From the NCBI GenBank assembly GCA_019307065.1, contig JAFDKH010000020.1, positions 43,097 through 107,096 of the forward strand: a DNA stretch of 64,000 nucleotides, read 5' to 3'. This stretch comes from Deltaproteobacteria bacterium (lineage in GTDB: Bacteria; Myxococcota; B64-G9). A program made the position numbers and the translations under genes. The notes beneath the pieces were generated by a model that was given only the letters and a program-made list of their open reading frames with translations, was not told where the DNA came from and searched no databases. Of this stretch, positions 20,133 through 29,634 are shown piece by piece (position 1 is the stretch's first letter; every line of letters starts with the position of its first letter).

Positions 20133-20262
20133 TGGGCTGCCTTTCTGTATGATGACTGCGAACTTGATCATAACATAACACTGATTTTGTCAGCATAAGT
20201 TGCTGTAATAAACCAGATTACGGTTTCAAACAGCAACTAATGCCAGGTATCATTCGGTCAAG

Positions 20263-21282
20263 ATGGGCGCACCGAACAAGGATGATATAATTACCGACAA
20301 TCCTGGCAGGAATCAGCTGGTAGTATCCCTTGCTGCAGCTTCCTTGACTGCCGGTTTACTATCGGCCGTGCAGCTTGCCGTCGAGCAACCACGCCTGCTT
20401 CTACTGGATAGATTCTATTCGGGGGCTGGTTGGGCCGAAGTCTTGCTTTTGACGCTCTACTCAGGCTTTCTTGCCAAAAAATTCTGCGACCCGCAACAGG
20501 CCCGCATCTGGCGCCCCAGGATCTGGCGAATTTTCTCGGTTGTCTTTTTCGCTCAGTTGATTATCGGCCTTTGCGGCGTTGATCACTTCTTGATGACCGG
20601 CAACCTGCACCTGCCGATTCCGGCTATGATTGCCGCAGGCCCCTTATATCGCGGCAGCGGATTTTTCATGCCGATCCTGTTCCTGTCCACAATCATACTA
20701 GTTGGGCCGGCCTGGTGCAGCCACCTGTGTTATATCGGCGCCTGGGACGATCTGGCCGCTCGGGCCCGCAAGAGGCCCCAAGCGCCCTGGCGTTGGCAAA
20801 CAGCTGTGCGTATATCCCTACTGCTGCTGGTCGTGGCTGCGGCGATCTTGCTGAGAATGCTCGGCGCGACACCCGGCCTGGCAGCTTCAATTGCGATCGC
20901 CTTCGGACTAGGAGGGGTAGCCGTTATGCTATTGTTGACCCGTCGGGTTGGTGTAATGGTCCACTGCACAATATATTGCCCGATTGGACTGTTGGCCAAC
21001 TTGCTGGGGAAGATTTCGCTTTTCAGACTTCGCATTGGAAGCAAGTGCAACGATTGTGGAATCTGCACACGCCATTGCCGCTATGCCGCCCTTTCTAAAG
21101 AAGACATTTCACGTAGACGCCCGGCAATCAGCTGTACTCTATGCGGAGATTGTATAGCCAGCTGTAAATCCGCTCAGATAGAATATGGTCTTTTACGGTT
21201 TAGTTCGGCAACTGCTCGGGCCGTTTTCATCGTAATGATCGTCTCATTACATGCAGTCTTTTTGGGCGTGGCTCGCTTGTAA
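20263..21282 (+). CDS. Membrane 4Fe-4S protein (NapH/YccM-like)
   Basis: Multiple TMs; WCSHLC, HCTIYCP and two CxxCxxCxxxC motifs. Confidence 0.8.
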   Translation: MGAPNKDDIITDNPGRNQLVVSLAAASLTAGLLSAVQLAVEQPRLLLLDRFYSGAGWAEVLLLTLYSGFLAKKFCDPQQARIWRPRIWRIFSVVFFAQLIIGLCGVDHFLMTGNLHLPIPAMIAAGPLYRGSGFFMPILFLSTIILVGPAWCSHLCYIGAWDDLAARARKRPQAPWRWQTAVRISLLLLVVAAAILLRMLGATPGLAASIAIAFGLGGVAVMLLLTRRVGVMVHCTIYCPIGLLANLLGKISLFRLRIGSKCNDCGICTRHCRYAALSKEDISRRRPAISCTLCGDCIASCKSAQIEYGLLRFSSATARAVFIVMIVSLHAVFLGVARL

Positions 21283-21294
21283 ACCGGCTCATTG

Positions 21295-21540
21295 TTATTC
21301 TTCTTGGTCTTCTTTCATGGCTCCTATGAGTCGGTCGTACATTTCCGGTCCCAGGCAATCTCTGGCGGCTTTACACCACTGGATGCACGAAGGCGCCTGT
21401 TCTTTATGGACCATGGTCTTGCAATGCGGACAGCGTATTCGCATTTCATCCGAAAAGAACTCAACCGGTTTTTTGCATTTCGGACAAGGGTGGTAGCTAA
21501 CCGTCAGTCTGCGTGTGTCTTGTCCAGGACAAAGACCCAT
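21295..21540 (-). CDS. Small Cys-rich zinc-ribbon protein (CPGQD type)
   Basis: CPGQDTR, CPKC, EFFSDE, CPHC, CIQWC..C; GGAGG RBS. Confidence 0.7.
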   Translation of the reverse strand: MGLCPGQDTRRLTVSYHPCPKCKKPVEFFSDEMRIRCPHCKTMVHKEQAPSCIQWCKAARDCLGPEMYDRLIGAMKEDQEE

Positions 21541-21549
21541 GGGGACCTC

Positions 21550-22287
21550 CTAGGCCGATTTGGCCGCAGAGACTTCCCTCTGTGACCCGAAGTTTATTCC
21601 GTGGTTATGGATTACAACCGGCATATTCGGCAGAACCTCGTTACGGGCCTCGATTACAGCCTGGCCGATTCCGCCACAACAGGGGACCTCCATCCGCAAG
21701 ACCGTAATGCTGGTTGGCTGAGCCTCGGCAAAAATTTGTTTGAGTTTTTCTTTGTAGAAATCAAGATTGTCCAGCTTGGGACAACCAACCACAACGGCGC
21801 GGCCGGCCAGATAACGTGAGTGAAAATCAGGCACACAGAAAGGTACGCAGTCGGCACAAATCAGCAGGTCGGCTTGTTTCAAAAACGGTGCCCCCGGTGG
21901 AACCAACATCAGTTGAACCGGCCAATGACTCAGCGCTGATTGACCTGACACCGGTGCAGGGCCGGGCCCAGCCTGGGGGCCAAACGATTGCAGGGCCGAA
22001 CCAGGACAACCGCAAGGAATTTCCACTGGCGGGCGCGTCTCATTTTTCTCGGCCAGATACTTCTCGACCGCCGCTTCGTCAAAGTTATCGGCCTCACGCT
22101 CCTCTAAGCTGATAGCGCCCTGCGGACACTCCCCAAGGCAAGCTCCCAACCCGTCACAGTATACTTCACTGACAAGTTTTGCTTTGCCATCAATCACCTG
22201 GATGGCCCCTTCGGCACAAGACGGCACGCACTCTCCACAGCCATCACACAGGTCTTCATCAATCTTCACTATTTTCCTAAGTGTCAT
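21550..22287 (-). CDS. 2x[4Fe-4S] ferredoxin-domain oxidoreductase
   Basis: CDGCGECVPSC, CDGLGACLGECP, CGCPG, WPVQL, GCPKLD, MEVPCC. Confidence 0.85.
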   Translation of the reverse strand: MTLRKIVKIDEDLCDGCGECVPSCAEGAIQVIDGKAKLVSEVYCDGLGACLGECPQGAISLEEREADNFDEAAVEKYLAEKNETRPPVEIPCGCPGSALQSFGPQAGPGPAPVSGQSALSHWPVQLMLVPPGAPFLKQADLLICADCVPFCVPDFHSRYLAGRAVVVGCPKLDNLDFYKEKLKQIFAEAQPTSITVLRMEVPCCGGIGQAVIEARNEVLPNMPVVIHNHGINFGSQREVSAAKSA

Positions 22288-22320
22288 CAGACTCCTCCTG
22301 ACTCAATTGTTCGGTAATAT

Positions 22321-22767
22321 TCAGGCCGACGGCTCAAACCAGGTCTGGATAGTTTCATACAACCTGTCACGCACGGCCCTGAATACGGTCGTTTCATTCT
22401 GGTGATTACCGGCCGGGTCTTCAAGCGCTAGGTGGTATTTCTGAGCTTGGGTTGATATGACCGGACAAGACTCTTCGGCACACAAGGTCACGGCGATATC
22501 GATATCTTCCAATGGAACTGCATCAAGTCCTTTTGAGGTCTGGGACGAGATATCAATACCGATCTCAGCCATCACCTCAACCGCCAGGGGGTGAACACTT
22601 CCCGAGGGCTGGCTGCCAGCAGAAAACACGCTGACAGACTCAGGCGCCAGCCGGCGAGCGATGCCCTCGGCCATCTGGCTGCGGGCCGAGTTCTCGACGC
22701 ATACAAATAAGAGCTTTGAGCTGGCATTTGCTAGAGTAAAATCGATATGTGTTTTTTTCGATTCCAT
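22321..22767 (-). CDS. arsC: Arsenate reductase, thioredoxin-type (LMW-PTP fold)
   Basis: CVENSARSQMAE P-loop, TLCAEESCP, EDPA. Confidence 0.8.
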   Translation of the reverse strand: MESKKTHIDFTLANASSKLLFVCVENSARSQMAEGIARRLAPESVSVFSAGSQPSGSVHPLAVEVMAEIGIDISSQTSKGLDAVPLEDIDIAVTLCAEESCPVISTQAQKYHLALEDPAGNHQNETTVFRAVRDRLYETIQTWFEPSA

Positions 22768-22781
22768 TTGCCAAATATAGC

Positions 22782-22797
22782 TGCAAGGAGCGTGCCT
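22782..22797 (-). promoter_or_regulatory. Sigma-54 promoter of the arsC operon
   Basis: Minus strand reads AGGCACGCTCCTTGCA (GG-N10-GC). Confidence 0.75.
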
Positions 22798-22899
22798 ATA
22801 AAATCCACAAGCTTGTGCTAACCAACATACTGATTTATGGCGACAATATTGTGATCAGGATTTGTTGTTCTGATGAGCCGGAAATTATTGATGCAAATA

Positions 22900-22933
22900 T
22901 GTCTCAAATAGATATTTTTGAGACACTGAGACG
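22900..22933. promoter_or_regulatory. TGTCTCA/TGAGACA UAS cluster
   Basis: TGTCTCA-N12-TGAGACA followed by TGAGACG. Confidence 0.7.
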
Positions 22934-23041
22934 ATCGGCTAACTGTGTTTGTCTTTTTATTTCAGCAAGATACGAATGGAATGTTTATTGCATTTGACTC
23001 GCTAGGTGGACTAGATAAATAAAAATATTGAGGAAACTCAA

Positions 23042-23860
23042 TTGGAACTGACCGGCTACGCCCGCGAAGAAGTTGTCGGTTCTCGCTGCTCAGACAACAT
23101 ATTGGTGCACGTCGATCACCAGGGCAACAGCCTGTGTGCAAGCGGCTGCCCATTAGCTGCCACCATGTCAGATGGAAAAAACCGCGAAACACAAGTCTTC
23201 ATGAGTCACAAAGATGGACATCGCGTTTTGGTTTCTGTCCGCACAACCCCGCTTCACGATTCAGAAGGTCGTATAATTGGTGCTGTTGAAATTTTCAGAG
23301 ATTTATCGCATCAGGAGGCTATGTACAAAAAGATGAAGCAACTTGAAAATTTGGCCTTGCTGGACCCTCTGACTCGCTTGGCCAATCGGCGCCATATCGA
23401 AACCAGCTTGCAATCCAGGCTCGAAGAGTTGACAAGGTACGGCTGGCCGTTCGGTGTTCTATTCATCGATATTGATCATTTCAAAGAGATCAACGACAGC
23501 AATGGTCATAATGTCGGCGACAAAGTCTTGAAACTTGTGTCTTTAACATTATTGAACAGCCTCAGGCCTTTTGACTTCCTGGGCCGCTGGGGCGGTGAGG
23601 AGTTCGTAGCGATTGTAGTCAACGTAGACAAAAGAAAACTAACCTACATTGCAGACCGGGCTCGCAGCCTGATTGAGCAATCTACTCTCAAGCTTGGTGA
23701 TTTATCGATACCGGTTACGGTCTCGATTGGCGCTACCCTGGCAAAAGCAGGCGACACGACCGAAAGCCTTCTGAACCGGGCTGACGCGTTGATGTATCGC
23801 GCCAAGGCACACGGGCGCAACCAGGTAACTGCAGATTATCATCCAATAAAAAGTCACTAG
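23042..23860 (+). CDS. PAS-GGDEF diguanylate cyclase (PAS appears N-terminally truncated)
   Basis: GRWGGEEF, DIDHFKEIND, RPFD I-site; ORF starts at ELTGY, which is mid-PAS. Confidence 0.8.
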   Translation: MELTGYAREEVVGSRCSDNILVHVDHQGNSLCASGCPLAATMSDGKNRETQVFMSHKDGHRVLVSVRTTPLHDSEGRIIGAVEIFRDLSHQEAMYKKMKQLENLALLDPLTRLANRRHIETSLQSRLEELTRYGWPFGVLFIDIDHFKEINDSNGHNVGDKVLKLVSLTLLNSLRPFDFLGRWGGEEFVAIVVNVDKRKLTYIADRARSLIEQSTLKLGDLSIPVTVSIGATLAKAGDTTESLLNRADALMYRAKAHGRNQVTADYHPIKSH

Positions 23861-23870
23861 CAACTTCGAC

Positions 23871-23921
23871 TTGACATAGCATTCTCACTATGTAGTAATA
23901 TCACTATATCTACATAAGTGG
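23871..23921 (+). promoter_or_regulatory. Sigma-70 promoter with inverted-repeat operator upstream of the ArsR gene
   Basis: TTGACA at 23871; TATGTAG..CTACATA inverted repeat spanning the -10/+1 region. Confidence 0.55.
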
Positions 23922-23924
23922 AGA

Positions 23925-24272
23925 TTGGTGAGAATGAGCAAGCTCAATAAAAATCAAAAAAACTGTAATGAAGCGGCCGAACTGCTCAAGGCAATCGCAC
24001 ACCCGCTACGCCTGCGCATCGTCGCCATTCTTTGCGAACATGACGAACACGTCAACGGATTAGCCAAGCGGCTAGGCACCAACCAGTCTATCGTATCCCA
24101 ACAGTTGCGCATCCTGCGTATGCGTGGCCTGGTGGCCGCTACGCGCCGGAATGGTTTCTCAAACTACAAATTGACCGAGCCGCATTTGAGAAAAATGGTC
24201 AGCTGTTTAGAGGACTGTTTGGCTAACCGAGCCAAAAACGAGCCTGAAGCAAATGGAGATACTCACAAATGA
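23925..24272 (+). CDS. ArsR/SmtB family repressor, possibly BigR/SqrR-like persulfide sensor
   Basis: LKAIAHPLRLRI, VSQQLRILR; Cys in helix 2 (AILCEH) and in the C-terminal helix (CLEDC). Confidence 0.85.
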   Translation: MVRMSKLNKNQKNCNEAAELLKAIAHPLRLRIVAILCEHDEHVNGLAKRLGTNQSIVSQQLRILRMRGLVAATRRNGFSNYKLTEPHLRKMVSCLEDCLANRAKNEPEANGDTHK

Positions 24273-25729
24273 TAGGGCGCAAAACAATCATTATGGTCGC
24301 TGTCATTATTATATTTTTTGCAGTGCCTGTAGTTTTCTGGGCGCAGACAAGATCTGAACCAAGAGATGATCCCTGGTCCAAAGTTGAAAAGAAACCGAGT
24401 AAAACGAATCATTCGAACTTGTTTGAAGCTACCGAGTTCAAGGACGGCCCCGCAGTTACCAAAGCTTGTCTGAAGTGTCACCCCGGGAGTGCTAAGGAAA
24501 TAATGCAGACTTCCCACTGGACCTAGTTGGGTGACGAAGTCGTCGTACCCGGCCATGCCAAACCTCAACGGCTAGGCAAGAAGAACCTGATCAACAACTT
24601 TTGTATAAGCATCGAAAGTAATTGGCCCCAGTGCACATCATGTCACGCCGGTTACGGATGGAAAGATGCCAGTTTCGATTTCAACAAGGAAGAAAATGTA
24701 GATTGCCTCACCTGTCACGACCAGTCAGGTGGCTACTCAAAATCACTCAACGGTCTTCCGGCCAAAGGAGTCGATCTTTTAGCAGCCGCCAAAAGCGTTG
24801 GGCTGCCAACCAGAGACAACTGTGGCTGGTGTCATTTCAATGGAGGCGGAGGCGATGCCGTCAAGCACGGCGACCTGGATGGATCGTTGGCCAAACCCGC
24901 AGAACGAATCGATGTTCACATGGGCCGCCACGATTTTCAGTGCATCGACTGTCATCGGACCAAGCAACACGTCATTAGCGGCAAGATGATGTCGGTCAGT
25001 ATCGACAATCTTGATGAAATCAAATGTAGCGACTGCCATTCGATCGCGCCTCACACCAGTACCCGCCTCAACACTCATGTAGATTCATTGGCTTGCCAGA
25101 GCTGTCATTTACCGTTGATGGCCAAGAAAGAAGCGACAAAAATGGCCTGGGACTGGTCTACCGCCGGCCAGGACATCGACATAAAAGATCCACACAAATA
25201 CCTAAAAATAAAAGGCAGCTTCATCTATGCCAAGAATGTCGTTCCCGAATATTACTGGTTCAATGGCAAATCCAAGCGATACCTAAAAGGCGATAAAATC
25301 GACCCTGATTCGGTTACGCACATCAACTACCCCATGGGCGACGTCACCGATCCGGCCGCACGGATTTGGCCCTTCAAAATACACCGCGCCAAACAGCCCT
25401 ACGATCAAAAGCACAAATACCTGATCATTCCCAAGACAGTCGGACCGGGCGGCTACTGGACTGAGTTCGACTGGGACTTAGCAGCCAAACTCGGAGCAAA
25501 AGAATCCGGCTTGGCTTTCAGCTCAGAACTCGGTTTCGCCGAAACCGATATGTTCTGGATGCTGACCCACATGATCTCGCCCAAAGAGAAAGCCCTGCAG
25601 TGCGTTGATTGTCATCGGCCCAACGGCCGCCTGGATTGGAGTTCTTTAGGATATGAAGGCGACCCGGCGATTATCGGAGGGCGCTGGACCAGGCGCCTGG
25701 CCAGTAAGCGTGAGGGGGCTGTCCAATGA
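24269..25729 (+). pseudogene. Octaheme tetrathionate-reductase (OTR) family cytochrome c interrupted by one in-frame TAG at 24524-24526
   Basis: ORFs 24269-24526 and 24527-25729 share a frame and together give a signal anchor plus 8 CxxCH motifs; SHWT*LG corresponds to the family HWTW; NNFCI and KHGDLD motifs present. Confidence 0.75.
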
Positions 25730-27858
25730 AAACTCAGCGCTTACTAGCAGTATTTTGCTCAATAGTCCTTTTGTCATTTGGCTGGTCTGATGTATCGGCC
25801 GACGAATCGCCGACAGGTTCAGCATTCCCCAAACTGACTCTCAGACAACTCGAACAAAAACCCAGGCAGGATGAAAAAAGTATCCACCCGCCTATTCGCT
25901 TTCTCGACGCAACCGGCCAGACAGTTTTACAAAACGACTCTCCGGTTTCGTTGACCAAGACTTGTGGGGTCTGCCACGACACTAACTACATTGCTCAACA
26001 CAATTATCACTCGATGGTCGGGTTCGATGAAACCGATCAACCTGGCAACACTCCCAGCGGCCGGGCCTGGGATACAAGCCCCGGCATGTTCGGCCGGTTC
26101 AATCCGTTGATATATAGATATCTGTCTCCAAAAGGCGATCAAAAACTAGACTTGGGCACGGCCGATTGGATCAAGGTCATGGGACCGCGCCATGTCGGCG
26201 GGGGTCCGGCGACCACAAGCCGCTACTCTGACCAACCGCTTGCCAATCGTGAAGAGTCCAACAGCGTCGATCCGGAAACGCATGTCAGCGATCCGGTAAC
26301 CGGCAAGCCGGTGCTCTGGGACTGGACCAAATCAGGAACTGTCGAGTTGAACTGCCTGCTGTGTCATATAATCAATCCCAACAACCGTGCCAGGATCGAA
26401 GAGATTAAAAAGGGGAATTTTAGCTGGGCTTCGACCGCCAGCCTGCTTGGCACGGGCATAGTGGAGAGGTCAGCCGAGGATGGCTGGCAATGGAACAAGA
26501 CAGCCTTCGACGAGGATGGCTGCCCCAAACCGGCCACCCTCAGAGTCACCAGCCCTCAAAACGCTAATTGCCGCTTGTGTCATGGCCGAGCCTGTCGTTG
26601 TACCGATCGAGTTCTGTTCGAAAACTCGCTGGATAATTGGGCGGTCGAAACAACCGGCGAAATATTTTCTGCTGAACAAGTATCAGAATCGGCCATGAAT
26701 TTTGAAAACAAAGAGAACCTTACGACACCCTGGGATGTGCATGCCGGCCGAATGCTCAAATGTTCCAATTGCCATTACTCGATGAACAATCCAAACTACA
26801 AATCCGCCGAAACTGTCGTCACCAAGCCGCGCCACTTGCGCTTTGATGCCCGGACACTTTCCACTAACGACTATCTGCTCAAACCGGATCACAACCTGGC
26901 CAAGGGCCACAGCACTCAGGGAACAGTTGCCAGTCGCTTCGACGGCAACATGCGTAATTGCATAGATTGCCACGCTGCCGAGGCCATCCACGAATTCTTG
27001 CCATATAAGAAAGTTCACTTCGCCAAGCTGAGTTGTCAAGCTTGTCATATACCCAGATCTTACGCACCCAGCCGCAGGGCAACTGATTGGACGGTCATAA
27101 CACCTGAAGGCAATCCGCTGATCGAGCACCGCGGGGTTAGCGGCGCAATCAACGATCCGGCATCCATCATCAAGGGCTTCAAGCCGGTTTTGTTGATGCA
27201 AAAGCGAGGCAGTCTAGGGACCAAACTCAGCCCGCACAACCTGATAACTTCCTGGTTCTGGGTTGAGGGTCAACCCGAACATCCTGTTCGCTTGTTTGAT
27301 TTGAAAAAGGCCTACCTGACCGAAGACGGAACCTATCACCCGGATGTAATCGCAGCCCTCGATCGCAACAATGATGGAAAACTGACGGTTGACGAGCTTC
27401 GGCTCGACAATCCGGCTAAAGTTGCTGCAATTGCCAAACGTCTCAGAAGTGTCTTAGTCGATAATCCCAGAATCACAGGAGAGATTCAGCCCTATACACT
27501 CAGCCATGGAATAGTTAGCGGCAAAAACGCTTTAAAGGATTGCTTGAGCTGTCATAGCTTTCAATCTCGAGTAATCGCTGATATCGAACTCGCCAGTTAT
27601 ATCCCGGGCGGGGTTATGCCTAAACTTGTCAGTGATTCGCGAACATTTCTGCATGGCAATCTCTTCCAGAATACAGCCAGCCAGGCACTTGTTTATCACC
27701 CGACAATCGATCCTGAAGAAGTCTACATCCACGGTACCAGCCATTTGCAGTGGCTGGACATTATCGGGATCCTCCTTTTGGGCGGCACGCTCTTGTTCAT
27801 TTTTGCCCATGCCAGCCTGAGAATCATCACCTCTCGCAGAAGAAAAAAGGTGAGCTGA
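25726..27858 (+). CDS. Multiheme (7 CxxCH) cytochrome c, OTR-related, with C-terminal membrane anchor
   Basis: CGVCH, CLLCH, CRLCH, CSNCH, CIDCH, CQACH, CLSCH; signal peptide; C-terminal TM. Confidence 0.88.
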   Translation: MKTQRLLAVFCSIVLLSFGWSDVSADESPTGSAFPKLTLRQLEQKPRQDEKSIHPPIRFLDATGQTVLQNDSPVSLTKTCGVCHDTNYIAQHNYHSMVGFDETDQPGNTPSGRAWDTSPGMFGRFNPLIYRYLSPKGDQKLDLGTADWIKVMGPRHVGGGPATTSRYSDQPLANREESNSVDPETHVSDPVTGKPVLWDWTKSGTVELNCLLCHIINPNNRARIEEIKKGNFSWASTASLLGTGIVERSAEDGWQWNKTAFDEDGCPKPATLRVTSPQNANCRLCHGRACRCTDRVLFENSLDNWAVETTGEIFSAEQVSESAMNFENKENLTTPWDVHAGRMLKCSNCHYSMNNPNYKSAETVVTKPRHLRFDARTLSTNDYLLKPDHNLAKGHSTQGTVASRFDGNMRNCIDCHAAEAIHEFLPYKKVHFAKLSCQACHIPRSYAPSRRATDWTVITPEGNPLIEHRGVSGAINDPASIIKGFKPVLLMQKRGSLGTKLSPHNLITSWFWVEGQPEHPVRLFDLKKAYLTEDGTYHPDVIAALDRNNDGKLTVDELRLDNPAKVAAIAKRLRSVLVDNPRITGEIQPYTLSHGIVSGKNALKDCLSCHSFQSRVIADIELASYIPGGVMPKLVSDSRTFLHGNLFQNTASQALVYHPTIDPEEVYIHGTSHLQWLDIIGILLLGGTLLFIFAHASLRIITSRRRKKVS

Positions 27859-27859
27859 A

Positions 27860-28495
27860 ATGAAAAAGAAAGTCCTCTTTTACTCGCTCTACGAACGAAT
27901 TTGGCATTGGCTGCAGGCACTCTTGGTTATAGTCTTACTGATTACCGGCTTCGAAATCAGTTATGCCTCTTATTTCTCTGTTTCCGGTTTCAAGACAGCC
28001 GTGCTGGTTCACAATATTGTCGGGATCTTTCTCGTCTTGAACGCTTTTCTCGCGCTTTTTTACAATATTGCCGGCGGGCTGATCCACAGGTACATTCCCG
28101 CCATCGAGGAAATCTTTTCACTCGGGTTCAAGCATGTAAGCTATTACATCTTCGGCATCTTCAAGGGCCTGCCCCACCCCTTCGACAAGACTCCCGAGAA
28201 GAGACTCCTGCCGCTCCAGAAAATCACCTATTTCGTGATCCTGAATCTGATTTTACCGGTGATGATCGTAACCGGCCTGCTCAAATACAGTGCCGATATT
28301 TTTCCTCAACTGGTCGAAATGTTTGGCGGACTCAGTGTGCTGGGCCCGATTCACAGGTTCGGGGCTTGGTTATTTGCCGCATTTCTTGTTTTGCACGTGT
28401 ACATGATCACGACCGGACATACTCCCCTGGCAAACCTGATTTCTATGATCACCGGCTACGACTATGTCAGCTCCCCAAGCGAGGAGGACAATTAA
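27860..28495 (+). CDS. Di-haem cytochrome b (hydrogenase/PhsC-type quinone-interacting subunit)
   Basis: ERIWHW, VHN, PLQKITY, IHR..LHVYM; 4 TMs. Confidence 0.88.
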   Translation: MKKKVLFYSLYERIWHWLQALLVIVLLITGFEISYASYFSVSGFKTAVLVHNIVGIFLVLNAFLALFYNIAGGLIHRYIPAIEEIFSLGFKHVSYYIFGIFKGLPHPFDKTPEKRLLPLQKITYFVILNLILPVMIVTGLLKYSADIFPQLVEMFGGLSVLGPIHRFGAWLFAAFLVLHVYMITTGHTPLANLISMITGYDYVSSPSEEDN

Positions 28496-28496
28496 C

Positions 28497-29015
28497 ATGG
28501 AAAAAACAAGGAAACCGTACATGAACCCATATGGCGCAGGCATCTTCCTGGGTGTGGTTCTGTTCGCCTCCTTCATTTTGTTTGGACACGGCCTGGGCGC
28601 TTCAGGCGGGGTCGCCAAACTGACCAGTGCGGCGGTTGATCTTGTAGCTCCGGGCCACACCGAGCGCAACGCCTATCTGGTCGGCTTGTTGCGTAATAGC
28701 GACAACCCGTTGGATAACTGGCTCGTTTTTGAGATCCTGGGAATCCTGCTCGGTGGGTTTGTATCGGGACTATTTGCCGGCCGGGTCCGTCTTGAAACCT
28801 TCAAAGGGCCGCAGATAGGCAAGCACAAGCGTTGGTTGTTGGCTGTGATCGGCGGAACAATCGCTGGGTACGGCGTGCGCCTGGCTCGCGGGTGTACTTC
28901 CAGCCAGGCTCTTTCGGGCGGCGCAGTCCTTTCCGCCGGAAGCTGGGCTTTCATGTTCGCTGTATTCGGCGGGGCTTACATGGCTGCATATTTCGTAAGA
29001 AAGCAATGGAACTAA
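28497..29015 (+). CDS. YeeE/YedE sulfur-compound transporter half
   Basis: GLGASG, RLARGCTS; GAGGAGG RBS. Confidence 0.85.
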   Translation: MEKTRKPYMNPYGAGIFLGVVLFASFILFGHGLGASGGVAKLTSAAVDLVAPGHTERNAYLVGLLRNSDNPLDNWLVFEILGILLGGFVSGLFAGRVRLETFKGPQIGKHKRWLLAVIGGTIAGYGVRLARGCTSSQALSGGAVLSAGSWAFMFAVFGGAYMAAYFVRKQWN

Positions 29016-29025
29016 GGAGGTAAAC

Positions 29026-29634
29026 GTGGCACCTATCGATATCGGCGGCTCGCTGGGTCATTTCTGGTTGAACATATTCTATGTCATAACCGGGTTCGGG
29101 TTCGGGTTCGCCCTGGAACGAGCCGGTTTCGGCGACTCCCGCAAATTGGCAGCCCAATTCTACTTAAAAGACATGCGTGTGATGAAAGTCATGTTCACTG
29201 CCATTCTGACTGCCATGCTGCTTATTTTCTGGGCTGGAGCTCTGGGATTCATGGACTACAGCGCAATCTTCATCAATCCGACTCACTTATGGCCCGGGAT
29301 CATCGGCGGCTTAATTTTTGGTGTGGGTTTCGTCGTCGGAGGGTATTGCCCAGGAACAGCCCTGGTCTCCGTATCCACTTTGAAAATCGACGGCCTGTTT
29401 TTTGTGGTCGGCCTGGGTATCGGGATGTTCGTCTTTGGCGAGACGATCGATCCTCTCAGGGTTTTCTGGGAAACATCCGGATACTATGGAGAAGTAACCC
29501 TTCAGGATGTTCTCGGGATCGGAGCCGGGCTAGTCGTATTTGCGGTTGTCTTGATGGCCCTGGGTATGTTTTGGGGCGCAGAGAAAACAGAAGCCTATTT
29601 CAAATCAAAAGACAAGAAAGAGGTCATCCAATGA
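29026..29634 (+). CDS. YeeE/YedE sulfur-compound transporter half
   Basis: GFGFALERAGF, KVMFTAI, GYCPGT. Confidence 0.88.
   Translation: MAPIDIGGSLGHFWLNIFYVITGFGFGFALERAGFGDSRKLAAQFYLKDMRVMKVMFTAILTAMLLIFWAGALGFMDYSAIFINPTHLWPGIIGGLIFGVGFVVGGYCPGTALVSVSTLKIDGLFFVVGLGIGMFVFGETIDPLRVFWETSGYYGEVTLQDVLGIGAGLVVFAVVLMALGMFWGAEKTEAYFKSKDKKEVIQ

Noticed and set aside
29289-29630. N-terminal extension of the rhodanese ORF
   Set aside because: It overlaps the YeeE gene out of frame; the coupled ATG at 29631 is the plausible start.
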